NCBI GenBank assembly: GCA_013824715.1
Contig: PNOH01000019.1
Location: forward strand, 17,209 to 81,208
Origin: Odoribacter sp.
GTDB lineage: Bacteria > Bacteroidota > Bacteroidia > Bacteroidales > Prolixibacteraceae
Length of the DNA: 64,000 bases
Direction of reading: 5' to 3'
Positions 18,244 to 27,482 of this stretch are shown here, one piece after another. How positions within the stretch are numbered: position 1 is the first letter of the stretch; each line of letters begins with the position of its first letter. A model generated the notes under the pieces. That model worked only from the letters and a program-made list of their open reading frames with translations. It did no database searches and was not told the origin of the DNA. A program made the translations under genes and the position numbers.

Positions 18244-20193
18244 TTAGAGCCTATTATTATCATTACTTTGTTCATAATCTTTTGCGGACAAAAATGAATA
18301 CTGATAGTTCATTGGAATTATTGAATTATAATCCTCAACCGTTGCGCCTGCCAAACAGGCGTCAACAATCCTTCTCCCTGTGGCTGATAATTCAGGGGTA
18401 AGGTATTTTGGAAGTTCTTTTTTAAAGAATTCGAATAATATTTCAGCGCCGGAATCGTATCCTTCAATACCAACTTCGGGTTGCCGGTGAACCTGAAGAA
18501 ACCGTGAAGGGATTTTAGCCCCTTCAAGAGTAAGATAATTCAGTTCATAACCTAAAAGCGAACATCTGGCATCCTGATACTGGTCGCTTCTTAACTGGGC
18601 ATTTCCTCTGCGTGTAAGGTATTCACGCATTATAAGCTGTGGTTTAAATCCCACTTTCCAAACTCCGATATGTTGGTTCGGGACCAGTGTGTATCGGGTC
18701 CTTGGTGTTTCTATTATTTGCTCAAGAAGCATATTGGCATGATGGCTCATCTTTCCTGTTGCAAAAGGCCAGTAGGAACCAACTCCTTCCGATTCCATTC
18801 CACTGCCGCCAATTATACTCGGATTGGCATAACCTCTTGGAGCAACCAATCGCCACAACCATGCCAATGCAGGTGGCAGAATATGGAACAAGCCAATAAT
18901 ACCGTAACTCGGATTCTCTAAGGAACATGGAGGTGTGCGAACGCCGAAACTCCTTACATCAACAGTCACTGGCCGGGTCATTACATCCGGAACAATATTA
19001 CGGGGAATGATTACCCTTGGATTTGGACATTTTTTTCCAGGTTCATCCTCTGTGTGGTCCCAAATAAGGGCCGTGCCATCCGGATTGGATTTAATATTCA
19101 AAAACAACAAAGGACTCTTTGGGTTAATGGTAATTTTTTCCAGAAAAGGGTCATCCCCATATTCTTTTATGCCGTCAACACGAATAAACCAGGCATTTTC
19201 AGCATCAAGGACCGTCAATTTTCCATCATCCTTTTGAAGGGATGGGTGGCACATAGCCATGTCGTCGGTAACAGGATTAAATGAACAAAAAAGTGGTAAG
19301 TTGATCAACCTTTTTTCTTCAGTCACTATATTTTGACCAATTAATACCAGACCGTTTTGTTCCCTGACAATATTTTGAAGCATTTCACTTTTACCACCTC
19401 CGCTTGCACCTTCGTGCATAAAAGTGGTAACGTTATCGTAGGGGCTAATTACACGGACAGTTGAGCAATGAGCTGTAATCCAGCCCTCTTTTTCACCTTT
19501 CGAAAGCAGCGCCCCATACAATCCTTTTTTTGCACTTGGCCCAGGGTACAAATTGTATGAAAATATTTCATGTAAATTTTCTGATCGGTTATGAACCACT
19601 ACCTGGGTGCCATTAAAATGGGTGTGACGAAAAGTAGGGGCTACATAAATTACCGATTCAATTTCGAAGTCAGATGTTAAATCGTTTATAGGTATTATTT
19701 TCTGAAGCATGGATAAACCCATTGCAAAAAAACCCGCATTTGCAGGAGCGATGGCAATACCGCCAATCCCAATCTTGTCATTGCCTGCGAAAAAGAAAAA
19801 CACAGCAAGCTCCTGTTCTTTTAACCATGAAAAAGTTTCTGCTTTTAATGAACGGAAATTATAACCAAATTTATCTTTAAAGCGTTGTTTATCGCTGGGC
19901 AGATCATCTGAAATTGACATGGTATCCGGATCGCGTCGGCGCATATATGCTTCGGAGTAGTTTGCCGATATGCCATTAGTAACCCGGTGAACTATTGCTT
20001 CAGTATGTTCCCCTTTGCCCGGGATGTCGTATTTTACTTCAAATGTATTGCTGTTTTCGCCGCCAACCGCTGCAACCGCCAACTCGTCAACTGTGTTAAA
20101 GACAGTAAATTTTCTGCAACTGGTGAGTAATACATAAATATTATCGGGCAAAGTAATCTTTTTCTTTTCGAGTAATTTAAAAAAATCATTCAT
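18244..20193 (-). CDS. DUF4914-like 649-aa protein with a PEPCK/HprK-like P-loop
   Basis: Length and Bacteroidota context fit DUF4914 (from memory). Gly-rich phosphate-loop-like HEGASGGGKSE. Same strand and closely spaced with tsaC and ribE. Confidence 0.5.
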   Translation of the reverse strand: MNDFFKLLEKKKITLPDNIYVLLTSCRKFTVFNTVDELAVAAVGGENSNTFEVKYDIPGKGEHTEAIVHRVTNGISANYSEAYMRRRDPDTMSISDDLPSDKQRFKDKFGYNFRSLKAETFSWLKEQELAVFFFFAGNDKIGIGGIAIAPANAGFFAMGLSMLQKIIPINDLTSDFEIESVIYVAPTFRHTHFNGTQVVVHNRSENLHEIFSYNLYPGPSAKKGLYGALLSKGEKEGWITAHCSTVRVISPYDNVTTFMHEGASGGGKSEMLQNIVREQNGLVLIGQNIVTEEKRLINLPLFCSFNPVTDDMAMCHPSLQKDDGKLTVLDAENAWFIRVDGIKEYGDDPFLEKITINPKSPLLFLNIKSNPDGTALIWDHTEDEPGKKCPNPRVIIPRNIVPDVMTRPVTVDVRSFGVRTPPCSLENPSYGIIGLFHILPPALAWLWRLVAPRGYANPSIIGGSGMESEGVGSYWPFATGKMSHHANMLLEQIIETPRTRYTLVPNQHIGVWKVGFKPQLIMREYLTRRGNAQLRSDQYQDARCSLLGYELNYLTLEGAKIPSRFLQVHRQPEVGIEGYDSGAEILFEFFKKELPKYLTPELSATGRRIVDACLAGATVEDYNSIIPMNYQYSFLSAKDYEQSNDNNRL

Positions 20194-20523
20194 AATCAGT
20201 TCTGTTATTGCTGGTTTCTAACAATATAATTTGAATCTTCCAAAACAGTATTGCATGTTGTAAATTTCTGGGTTAATTTATTTTCATGCTTTTTGCCATT
20301 CGTTCAATACTGTATTTCGATGGCAAATATAATGAAGCGCCACTTAAATAGTTTAGTGGTGATTTAAAAGAAAAATGTCTTAACCATTATTTATTATTGA
20401 CGAAACACACTAATATCACCAATGCGTTTCATTCAGGTTCAATTTTCGGGCATGCAAATGTCGAAATTATTTCTGCTGAAAAATTCATATTGTTACTATC
20501 TTAGCTAAAAAATACCTTAGGCT

Positions 20524-20928
20524 ATGGCAACAGTAAAAACAACCTATCTGGGCGATTTACGCACCGAAAACATTCATCTGCAATCGGGCAGTAAAATTGT
20601 TACCGACGCGCCCTGCGACAACCGTGGCAAAGGTGAAGCTTTCTCTCCAACCGATCTGCTGGCCACGGCGCTTGGCAATTGCATAATGACTATCATGGGC
20701 ATCAAAGCCATGGACAACGGAATTGATCTGGCTGGCACCGAAATCGAAATCACCAAAATCATGGCCAGCGATCCGCGCCGTGTTGCCGAAGTGGTTATGG
20801 AATTCACCTTCCCGAAGAAAGGTTATTCCGAAGAAGAAAAACGCCTGATCGAAAGTGTGGCGGGAATCAGCCCGGTTCCGCTGAGCGTACATCCGGATTT
20901 GAAACAAACGATTAAGTTTAACTGGTAG
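20524..20928 (+). CDS. OsmC/Ohr-family protein
   Basis: 134 aa. ...GKGEAFSPTDLLATALGNCIMT... contains the family's conserved Cys context. Confidence 0.8.
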   Translation: MATVKTTYLGDLRTENIHLQSGSKIVTDAPCDNRGKGEAFSPTDLLATALGNCIMTIMGIKAMDNGIDLAGTEIEITKIMASDPRRVAEVVMEFTFPKKGYSEEEKRLIESVAGISPVPLSVHPDLKQTIKFNW

Positions 20929-20929
20929 T
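20848..20929 (+). repeat. 82-bp direct repeat, left copy (3' end of the OsmC-family gene)
   Basis: 80/82 identical to 21768-21849. Confidence 0.9.
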
Positions 20930-20962
20930 TAACTGGGAAAGTGAAGTTTTGAAAGAATCGGA

Positions 20963-21355
20963 TTATTTGATGAGCTTTTTTATTTCGTCAATGAATTCAA
21001 CCATATCAACTAACATACTTTCTACTTCTTCGAAAGAGAAAACAACAAAAGCATCATAATCGCCTTTTGTTCTGTTTTGGTACGCTCTTCTGATGATTTT
21101 GCCATACTTAATTTCGACTCGATGGCTAGCTACAAATTCTTTGTTAAACCACCCGATCAATTGACCATGCTTTGATGTCTCGTAATTATATTTTAACGAC
21201 AGAGCTGTCAAAGCATAATACATTCCGTAATATATCCTATTAACAGCAACCGACAATTTACCTGAAGAAATCAAAAACCTGGACAGTTCAACTGTTTCAG
21301 AAGCCTGACCTAATCGGTAGTTAATTAACGAATCTCTGTCCTGATCATTAATCAT
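20963..21355 (-). CDS. HEPN-domain protein (toxin component of an MNT-HEPN pair)
   Basis: 130 aa. RIYYGMYYALTALSL...SKHGQLIGWFNKEFV...RRAYQNRTKGDY pattern typical of HEPN partners of minimal nucleotidyltransferases. Overlaps the upstream MNT gene by 4 nt. Confidence 0.75.
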   Translation of the reverse strand: MINDQDRDSLINYRLGQASETVELSRFLISSGKLSVAVNRIYYGMYYALTALSLKYNYETSKHGQLIGWFNKEFVASHRVEIKYGKIIRRAYQNRTKGDYDAFVVFSFEEVESMLVDMVEFIDEIKKLIK

Positions 21356-21675
21356 GCGCGGTATCCTTTCTCAAGTGCATTTACAAAAACCGGCTGTTTC
21401 CCCCGCAAGGTCGAAAACTCTGCTTCACTAATGATGTGGGTATCTGTTATGATATTATACTTTAAATCAATTTCATAGCATAAATCCGAAATTTCCCGTT
21501 CTTCCTTCCAATCAACTTTATCCTTCAGGACGATTAAAATATCGAAGTCCGAATTGCTGTGGTTATTTCCATTTACCCGGGAACCAAACAGCACAACTTC
21601 TTTCAGATTCCCGGATAATCTGGATCTCAGTATGTATTCAAGTTCAGTTAAGATGAGTTTCTTGTTTGTTCTCAT
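21352..21675 (-). CDS. Minimal nucleotidyltransferase (MNT-type antitoxin)
   Basis: GSRVNGNNHSNSDFDILIV matches the GSxxxG..x.SDxD pol-beta NTase motif. ATG at 21675; the track's GTG start is at 21693. Confidence 0.8.
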   Translation of the reverse strand: MRTNKKLILTELEYILRSRLSGNLKEVVLFGSRVNGNNHSNSDFDILIVLKDKVDWKEEREISDLCYEIDLKYNIITDTHIISEAEFSTLRGKQPVFVNALEKGYRA

Positions 21676-21706
21676 GATTGCAGCTTTGAACACAAAGTTA
21701 GTAAAA

Positions 21707-21714
21707 CAAAGATA
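21707..21714 (-). promoter_or_regulatory. -7 promoter box TATCTTTG (minus strand) for the MNT-HEPN pair
   Basis: Matches TAnnTTTG, 32 nt upstream of the ATG at 21675. Confidence 0.4.
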
Positions 21715-21767
21715 TTAAATCAAAGGCCGAGCCAACTGCAAATTAGTAGAAGAGTAAAGTGCTAATA

Positions 21768-21849
21768 ATCGAAAGTGTGGCGGGAATCAGCCCGGTTCCA
21801 CTGAGCTTACATCCGGATTTGAAACAAACGATTAAGTTTAACTGGTAGT
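21768..21849 (+). repeat. 82-bp direct repeat, right copy (orphan 3' fragment of the OsmC-family gene)
   Basis: Identical to 20848-20929 except G>A at 21800 and G>T at 21807. No ORF is continuous upstream of it. Confidence 0.9.
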
Positions 21850-22116
21850 CTAGTCTGTCGTAAATGACATATCTTTACCTTCTGCCCTTGCCTCTCTAAC
21901 CATTTTCTGGTATTCTTCAGGAATGGTATTTAAGGGAACAATAAGACCATTGACCATTACCATTTCGGCGAATGGATTACCTTCCAGAATTTTCCCAAGT
22001 TTTTGCATCAATCGTTTCGAGAGTTCAAAATACTCTTCGTTTAGTTTTTGTGCACAAAACTCTCCAATAAAATCAATAATCTGTTGTTGCCGTTCTTGTA
22101 TTTGCTGCTTATCCAT
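21850..22116 (-). CDS. Hypothetical 88-aa protein adjacent to the SWIM protein
   Basis: ATG start. The N-terminal half (IIDFIGEFCAQKLNEEYFELSKRLMQKL) vaguely resembles DUF6398-type proteins (from memory). Its stop codon abuts the right direct repeat. Confidence 0.4.
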   Translation of the reverse strand: MDKQQIQERQQQIIDFIGEFCAQKLNEEYFELSKRLMQKLGKILEGNPFAEMVMVNGLIVPLNTIPEEYQKMVREARAEGKDMSFTTD

Positions 22117-22187
22117 TTGTCGTTATTTGGTTTCAATTTCAATTCTAACTAAACCGTCAGGCACTTTCCAGTGATATCAGATCAAGT

Positions 22188-23813
22188 CTAAAGTTTAATT
22201 TTACCAAGTACCTCAACCATTGCCCGCCTGTTTTTATAAAGATTTTTAAATTGGGCGATCATCATTGTTGCCATTTCTTTTCCACCCTCAATCCGGGGTA
22301 TTTTTTTAAATAAAGTAGCCAGGTATTCGTAATAGTTCCTTCCAGTATTTTTGTCGGCATATTGATTGATTACTTTCTGAAATATATCAAGGGTTTCTTT
22401 GGGGTATTCCTTTGCAAAGTGGGCATGATATTGATCCATTCTTTCGATGGTAAGGTGCTTCTTAATATATCCGATCAACTTGTAAGCATCATGCTCTTCG
22501 GCCAGAACATCAGCTACTGAATTGCTGAAGTTTTTTCCATTTTTTTCATAATGGGCAATGATCTTTTGCACTTCCTTTTCCCATTCGCCTGAATTGAACG
22601 CAGATTTGTAAATGCGGTAGTGTTCCTTCTCAAAATAATTTTCAATAAACGCGAAAGCAATTTTCCGTATCACCGGGATATCCTTTTCTTTTTGCGCGAT
22701 AGACAATGCCAGTTCGTTCCATTCACTTCGGAAATAATTGTTGTTTTGACTGGTGGCGAGAAAATCAGCGATCAGCTTTTTGGCTTCCGAAAATTTCCTG
22801 TCCGCTATGTTTTGCTTAACAACTTGCTTGCGAAAACTTTCGATTTGGATATTTTCTGAAACAAGCTTCCAGGCAGTTTCATGCTGCTGATTCTTCCTGT
22901 AAAAAGCAATTTTTCGTTCAATTATTTTTTGTACTTCATGTGAACTTTTGTCCTTAACTCCTCGCAGTAGTCTATCCTGCAATGCAATAAACTCGTCAAA
23001 TTCATTTTCAGTATGGGCAAGCTCAGCTAAAAGATCGTTGAAACTATCATCCATATCCGGGCCGGAATATTTTGGTTTGCACATTTCGGCCATGCAATAT
23101 TGAAACAATTCGTTTGAATTTATTTCAGGATTTGACGCGATTTCGCTTAAAAATTCAAAAGGTTTTTCCTGATAAACAGGATCGATGTAATCGATAAACT
23201 CGTCATCTATTCCCTCCAGCCATCCGGCATATTCTTCTATGCATGCCTTACAAATGGCAATTGCTTCATCAAAACGTTTTTGGTTAATAAATTCTCTGGT
23301 CTTGTTCAACCATTCGTCCAAAACATCAATCTCTAAGGAATCCTCGCCATCATTCAAGTCGTCATAGTCAAAATCAACATTTTTTAAAGAGTTGCGCAAA
23401 ACCTTGGCATAATTGCTTTCCTGCTTGCCTGAAACCTTTTGCATAAATTCCAAAAACAGTTTAGTTGTCAAGTCAGGATTGTATTTTGCCTGACGGGCAA
23501 TAAAATCAACCAACTCTTTATGAGGGACATTTCGTAATAATTCTTCAACTGAAATTGTATTCTCTTTTGGATTTTCCTTGTTTTTTGCCAGGCGGTTGTC
23601 GATTGCGCTCTTAATCATAGAAATATGCTTACAAGGAAAATAATCGCTGGGGCAGGAACAGGAAAAAGTATCAATTTTACCACCATTAATTTTTATCTTG
23701 ATGTTATATGTTCCATAATTGCCTTGGTACTTTGCCTGCCACACATTTTCAGATGTTTCTTGCAGACTGATGATATCGTTTTGCATATTTTCCGAAGTTT
23801 TATATTTTCCCAA
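22188..23813 (-). CDS. SWIM zinc-finger protein, 541 aa, otherwise all-helical and uncharacterised
   Basis: CSCPSDYFPCKHISM matches the CxCxnCxH SWIM signature near the N-terminus. The remainder is helical repeat-like. Confidence 0.75.
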   Translation of the reverse strand: MGKYKTSENMQNDIISLQETSENVWQAKYQGNYGTYNIKIKINGGKIDTFSCSCPSDYFPCKHISMIKSAIDNRLAKNKENPKENTISVEELLRNVPHKELVDFIARQAKYNPDLTTKLFLEFMQKVSGKQESNYAKVLRNSLKNVDFDYDDLNDGEDSLEIDVLDEWLNKTREFINQKRFDEAIAICKACIEEYAGWLEGIDDEFIDYIDPVYQEKPFEFLSEIASNPEINSNELFQYCMAEMCKPKYSGPDMDDSFNDLLAELAHTENEFDEFIALQDRLLRGVKDKSSHEVQKIIERKIAFYRKNQQHETAWKLVSENIQIESFRKQVVKQNIADRKFSEAKKLIADFLATSQNNNYFRSEWNELALSIAQKEKDIPVIRKIAFAFIENYFEKEHYRIYKSAFNSGEWEKEVQKIIAHYEKNGKNFSNSVADVLAEEHDAYKLIGYIKKHLTIERMDQYHAHFAKEYPKETLDIFQKVINQYADKNTGRNYYEYLATLFKKIPRIEGGKEMATMMIAQFKNLYKNRRAMVEVLGKIKL

Positions 23814-23856
23814 GTCGTTTTAATTCCCAGAAACATCTCCATTTACAATTTACTGG

Positions 23857-24720
23857 CTATATCTCCTCAGGAATTTCAGTAATAGGCCTGATTTGGATAT
23901 TCCGGTAAAAGATCTCTGCACCCTCCGATTGCAATTGAATCTTACCTTTCGACAGAGGTACTTCCTTTCCATTTACGAGGTAGCGTAAATTACTGGCACG
24001 CAGGTTAATCTTTCCATTTACCACATGCATGCTTTTATTGCCCACCGTATATACTTCCATTACATTCCATTCACCATCGGGCTTTTCATGATCTACGTCC
24101 TTCACACAATAACTTTTTTCCTGATTGAAGGTAACCAATTCCGCTCCTTTCAGATAATGAAAACGATTATTCGGTGATTCCCTGACTGCCGGAATATCAG
24201 CAAGGGTTGTGTCCACGCAAATGAAATCCCCACAGGCTTCTTCCATGACCTGGCATTCCAGAGATTTCATCCATACTCCGCCCCAGGCGCCCTCCTTGCC
24301 GATGGAATGATAAAGAATCCCGCTGTCCATCGGTTCATTTTCCCGTGGAGGAAATTTCTTGCTTCCCCATTTGAATTCCAGGCGCAGATGATAGTTTTCA
24401 TATTCTTTTTCGGTGACAAGTATCCCGAAAACCTCGCCTGATATCCTGATGACTTTTTGTCCGTTTTCTTCAACTACAGTAAAAACATGAAGAGGATCCT
24501 TGTTGATACCAATTGGTTCAAGATATTTGCCTTTTTCATCACGTGTCATCCCTTCAACTATAGATGTTGGCTCAGGGTTGCGTTGGTATGTGTACCATCC
24601 GGTCAGGTCATTCCCGTTAAACAAGCTTTCCCAGGCATATTCCCTTTTCCCCTTTTGGGCAGGCTGGCAGGAAAGTAAAAAAAACATAGCAAATAAGAAA
24701 ATCAGGTTAAATTTTGGCAT
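23857..24720 (-). CDS. DUF1080 (3-keto-disaccharide hydrolase-like, LamG-fold) lipoprotein
   Basis: Lipoprotein signal MPKFNLIFLFAMFFLLSC at M38 of the track ORF. ESLFNGNDLTGW start and C-terminal GKIQLQSEGAEIFYRNIQIRPI are typical of DUF1080. Confidence 0.8.
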   Translation of the reverse strand: MPKFNLIFLFAMFFLLSCQPAQKGKREYAWESLFNGNDLTGWYTYQRNPEPTSIVEGMTRDEKGKYLEPIGINKDPLHVFTVVEENGQKVIRISGEVFGILVTEKEYENYHLRLEFKWGSKKFPPRENEPMDSGILYHSIGKEGAWGGVWMKSLECQVMEEACGDFICVDTTLADIPAVRESPNNRFHYLKGAELVTFNQEKSYCVKDVDHEKPDGEWNVMEVYTVGNKSMHVVNGKINLRASNLRYLVNGKEVPLSKGKIQLQSEGAEIFYRNIQIRPITEIPEEI

Positions 24721-25010
24721 AATAAATTGATTTAAATTAGTTAGACGAATATAGTCAGCCGAACCCGGATATACAAATTTAATGTGTGACCGAATCCTAC
24801 CAGGATGAAACATATACCGGTTTATCATCATTCTTAAATCAAAAATAAACAGATTTGACGGATCTATTTATTAACCTATTGGTAGGTGAACTTCAAAATA
24901 AGATTGTTTATTCCTAAAAAGAATCCAACCCTTCACCTTTTCGTTTGCAAAATCCATCCAATCCTTTATCTTCGTTCTCCGATAACACGAATCTCTGAAA
25001 AAGTAACATC

Positions 25011-25412
25011 ATGTCGGTTTCACGTTTTGGCGTTTCCCTGGAAGAAGAGCTGCTGACCGCGCTCGATCAGTATGTGACTGAAAATAATTTTTCGAACCGG
25101 TCGCAGGCTATCCGCTACCTGATTGAGAAAAACCTGGTGGAGCAGAAATGGAAATGCGACAACCAGGTTGCCGGCGCCGTGGTGATGGTTTACAGCAGCC
25201 TGAAACCCGAAATCCGCACCCGATCGGCCGAACTTCAGCTTCAGTACCGCGATGTGGTTATTGGCGTTCAGCAATTTAACCTGAGCGAGCAAAATTGCAT
25301 GGAGATTATTGCTGTGAAAGGAGCATCTCGTCGTTTGACCGAGCTTTCTGATAAGCTGATTGGGATAAAAGGCATTCAGCACGGAAAGCTGATCATGAGC
25401 AAAACGGAATAA
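25011..25412 (+). CDS. NikR-family (ribbon-helix-helix plus ACT-like) regulator lacking most canonical Ni ligands
   Basis: The N-terminal RFGVSLEEELLTALDQYV...NRSQAIRYLI is an RHH motif. The C-domain aligns with E. coli NikR, but H76/H87/H89 equivalents are replaced and only the Cys (..SEQNC..) is retained. Confidence 0.75.
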   Translation: MSVSRFGVSLEEELLTALDQYVTENNFSNRSQAIRYLIEKNLVEQKWKCDNQVAGAVVMVYSSLKPEIRTRSAELQLQYRDVVIGVQQFNLSEQNCMEIIAVKGASRRLTELSDKLIGIKGIQHGKLIMSKTE

Positions 25413-25466
25413 TTTTTTTTCTAAATAGTAGCACAATAGAATAAAAGTACAAGTATTCAAAAAAAT

Positions 25467-26312
25467 ATGACTGATCTAAATCCTGCATTAAACGAAAAAC
25501 TCCATTTGCTTGAAAACTGGTACAGGCAACGAAAAGGCTCACTGGTCGCTTTTTCAGGAGGAATAGATTCCACCCTGGTGCTCTTTCTTTCCCGTAAATT
25601 TCAGGGTCGCGATTGTGCAATTGGAGTAATCTCCATTTCAGAGAGCTTGAAAAATAAAGATTTCAATCTGGCTCAATCTTTCTGCAAAGAATTTGAAATT
25701 CAACTCAGAATAATTAAAACCGATGAACTTAACGATTCCAATTACAACCAAAATCCGATCAATCGTTGCTTTTTTTGCAAGGACCACTTGTTTCACGACC
25801 TTCAGGAAATGAAAAAGGAATACCCCGGATTTGAAATATTAAGCGGTACCAATTACGATGATCTGGGAGACTATCGTCCCGGTATCGATGCGGCACAAAA
25901 AAATCTGGTAATCTCACCGTTGGTTGACTGCAAAGTTACCAAAGATGAAATCAGGGAGATTGCCAGACATTTCGGGTTACCCAACTGGAACAAACCTGCC
26001 AGCCCCTGCCTGAGTTCGCGCATTCCATATAATCAGGCTGTTACGTTCGAAAAGCTGAAACAAATTGAAGCGGCCGAAGATCTTTTGAACGGCCACGGCT
26101 TTGAAGATGTGCGGGTTCGTCATTTTGGAACCCTTGGCAAAATTGAAGTTCAGAAAGAAGATATGGAGAAACTTCTTTCAATTAAAGACAAGGTAATAAG
26201 TGAAATCAAAAACCTTGGATTTGCCCGGGTTGAAATTGATGAAGAAGGTCTGGTTTCAGGAAAAATGAACAGGGTGATCACTGTTGACAACAAAAATAAT
26301 AACATGATATGA
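25467..26312 (+). CDS. larE: ATP-dependent sacrificial sulfur transferase LarE
   Basis: PP-loop SGGIDS. Conserved ...ASPCLSSRIPY Cys motif. 281 aa. Confidence 0.85.
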   Translation: MTDLNPALNEKLHLLENWYRQRKGSLVAFSGGIDSTLVLFLSRKFQGRDCAIGVISISESLKNKDFNLAQSFCKEFEIQLRIIKTDELNDSNYNQNPINRCFFCKDHLFHDLQEMKKEYPGFEILSGTNYDDLGDYRPGIDAAQKNLVISPLVDCKVTKDEIREIARHFGLPNWNKPASPCLSSRIPYNQAVTFEKLKQIEAAEDLLNGHGFEDVRVRHFGTLGKIEVQKEDMEKLLSIKDKVISEIKNLGFARVEIDEEGLVSGKMNRVITVDNKNNNMI

Positions 26313-27481
26313 GAATACTGTATTACGATTGTTTTGCCGGGATCAGCGGAGATATGAACCTGGGCGCTATGATTGACCTGGGTGTTGCACCCGACTTTTT
26401 AATTGCTGAACTTCAAAAATTAAATATTGAGGGATTTCATCTCGAAATTCAGAAAGATATCCGTAGAGGAATTTTAGGAACCAAAGCAACTGTGGTGATT
26501 GAAAATCCGGAGAACCTAAAACACCGTCATTTGCGGCATGTCGAGGAATTGGTCAACCAGAGCAGTCTTTCGTCGGAAGTTAAAATCCTTTCGCTTAAAA
26601 TATTCGACTTGATTGCTGAAGCCGAAGCCAAAGTTCACAACATCAGCAAGGAGCGTGTTCATTTTCACGAAGTTGGGGCGCTGGATTCCATTGCCGATAT
26701 CGTTGGCGCTGCTATTTGCCTGGATTATCTGAAAGTGGACAAAGTCATGTCGGCTCCCATACAGTTAGGTGGCGGAATGGTGAAATGTGCGCACGGCATG
26801 ATGCCTGTCCCGGCTCCGGCTACAGCTTTAATCGTTCAGAATGTGCCTGTTAAAACCGGATTGGTGCAACACGAAGCGACCACGCCAACGGGTGCCGCCA
26901 TCCTTGTTGCCACCGTGGATGAATTCACTGAGCAGATTGATTTTCAAATACAGAAAACCGGATATGGAATCGGGCAACGCGATGTTTCGGAAGTTCCCAA
27001 CGTATTGAGGGTTTACCTTTCGGAAAGCAACAAAACACCCGACAACATACGGCTTGAAGAAGCATGGATGCTGGAATGCAATATTGACGACATGAACCCG
27101 GAGTGGTACGACCATCTTTTAGGGAAACTCTTTGAAGCCGGGGCCAGCGATGTGTTTCTGACTCCGATCATCATGAAAAAGTCCAGGCCTGCCAATATGC
27201 TTTCAGTTCTATGCAGCAAAAATATCGCTCTTGAAATGAAGTCAATCATCTTCAACAACAGCACCACCATTGGGCTTCGGGAATATCCGGTTACAAAAAC
27301 TGTTCTGGAACGTCAGGAAAAAGAAATAGAAACTGAGCTGGGAAAAGTAAGGGTGAAATGCAGCTATTTTGAGGGGAAAGAGATTCGCTTCAAACCCGAA
27401 TTTGAAGACCTGAAGAAACTGGCAATCCAGCACGGACTCAGCTTGAATGAAGTGGAAAAAATCATTATTAAAAACTATTGA
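26309..27481 (+). CDS. larC: Nickel insertion protein LarC (DUF111), a single unsplit ORF
   Basis: MRILYYDCFAGISGDMNLGAMIDLGV N-terminus. 390 aa. 4-nt ATGA overlap with larE. Confidence 0.85.
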   Translation: MRILYYDCFAGISGDMNLGAMIDLGVAPDFLIAELQKLNIEGFHLEIQKDIRRGILGTKATVVIENPENLKHRHLRHVEELVNQSSLSSEVKILSLKIFDLIAEAEAKVHNISKERVHFHEVGALDSIADIVGAAICLDYLKVDKVMSAPIQLGGGMVKCAHGMMPVPAPATALIVQNVPVKTGLVQHEATTPTGAAILVATVDEFTEQIDFQIQKTGYGIGQRDVSEVPNVLRVYLSESNKTPDNIRLEEAWMLECNIDDMNPEWYDHLLGKLFEAGASDVFLTPIIMKKSRPANMLSVLCSKNIALEMKSIIFNNSTTIGLREYPVTKTVLERQEKEIETELGKVRVKCSYFEGKEIRFKPEFEDLKKLAIQHGLSLNEVEKIIIKNY

Positions 27482-27482
27482 T

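Noticed and set aside
20194-20523. FMN (RFN) riboswitch upstream of the DUF4914-tsaC-ribE gene string
   Set aside because: The region is AT-rich with no GC-rich conserved RFN helices. Only a weak imperfect hairpin (CCACTTAAATAGTTTAGTGG) is present.
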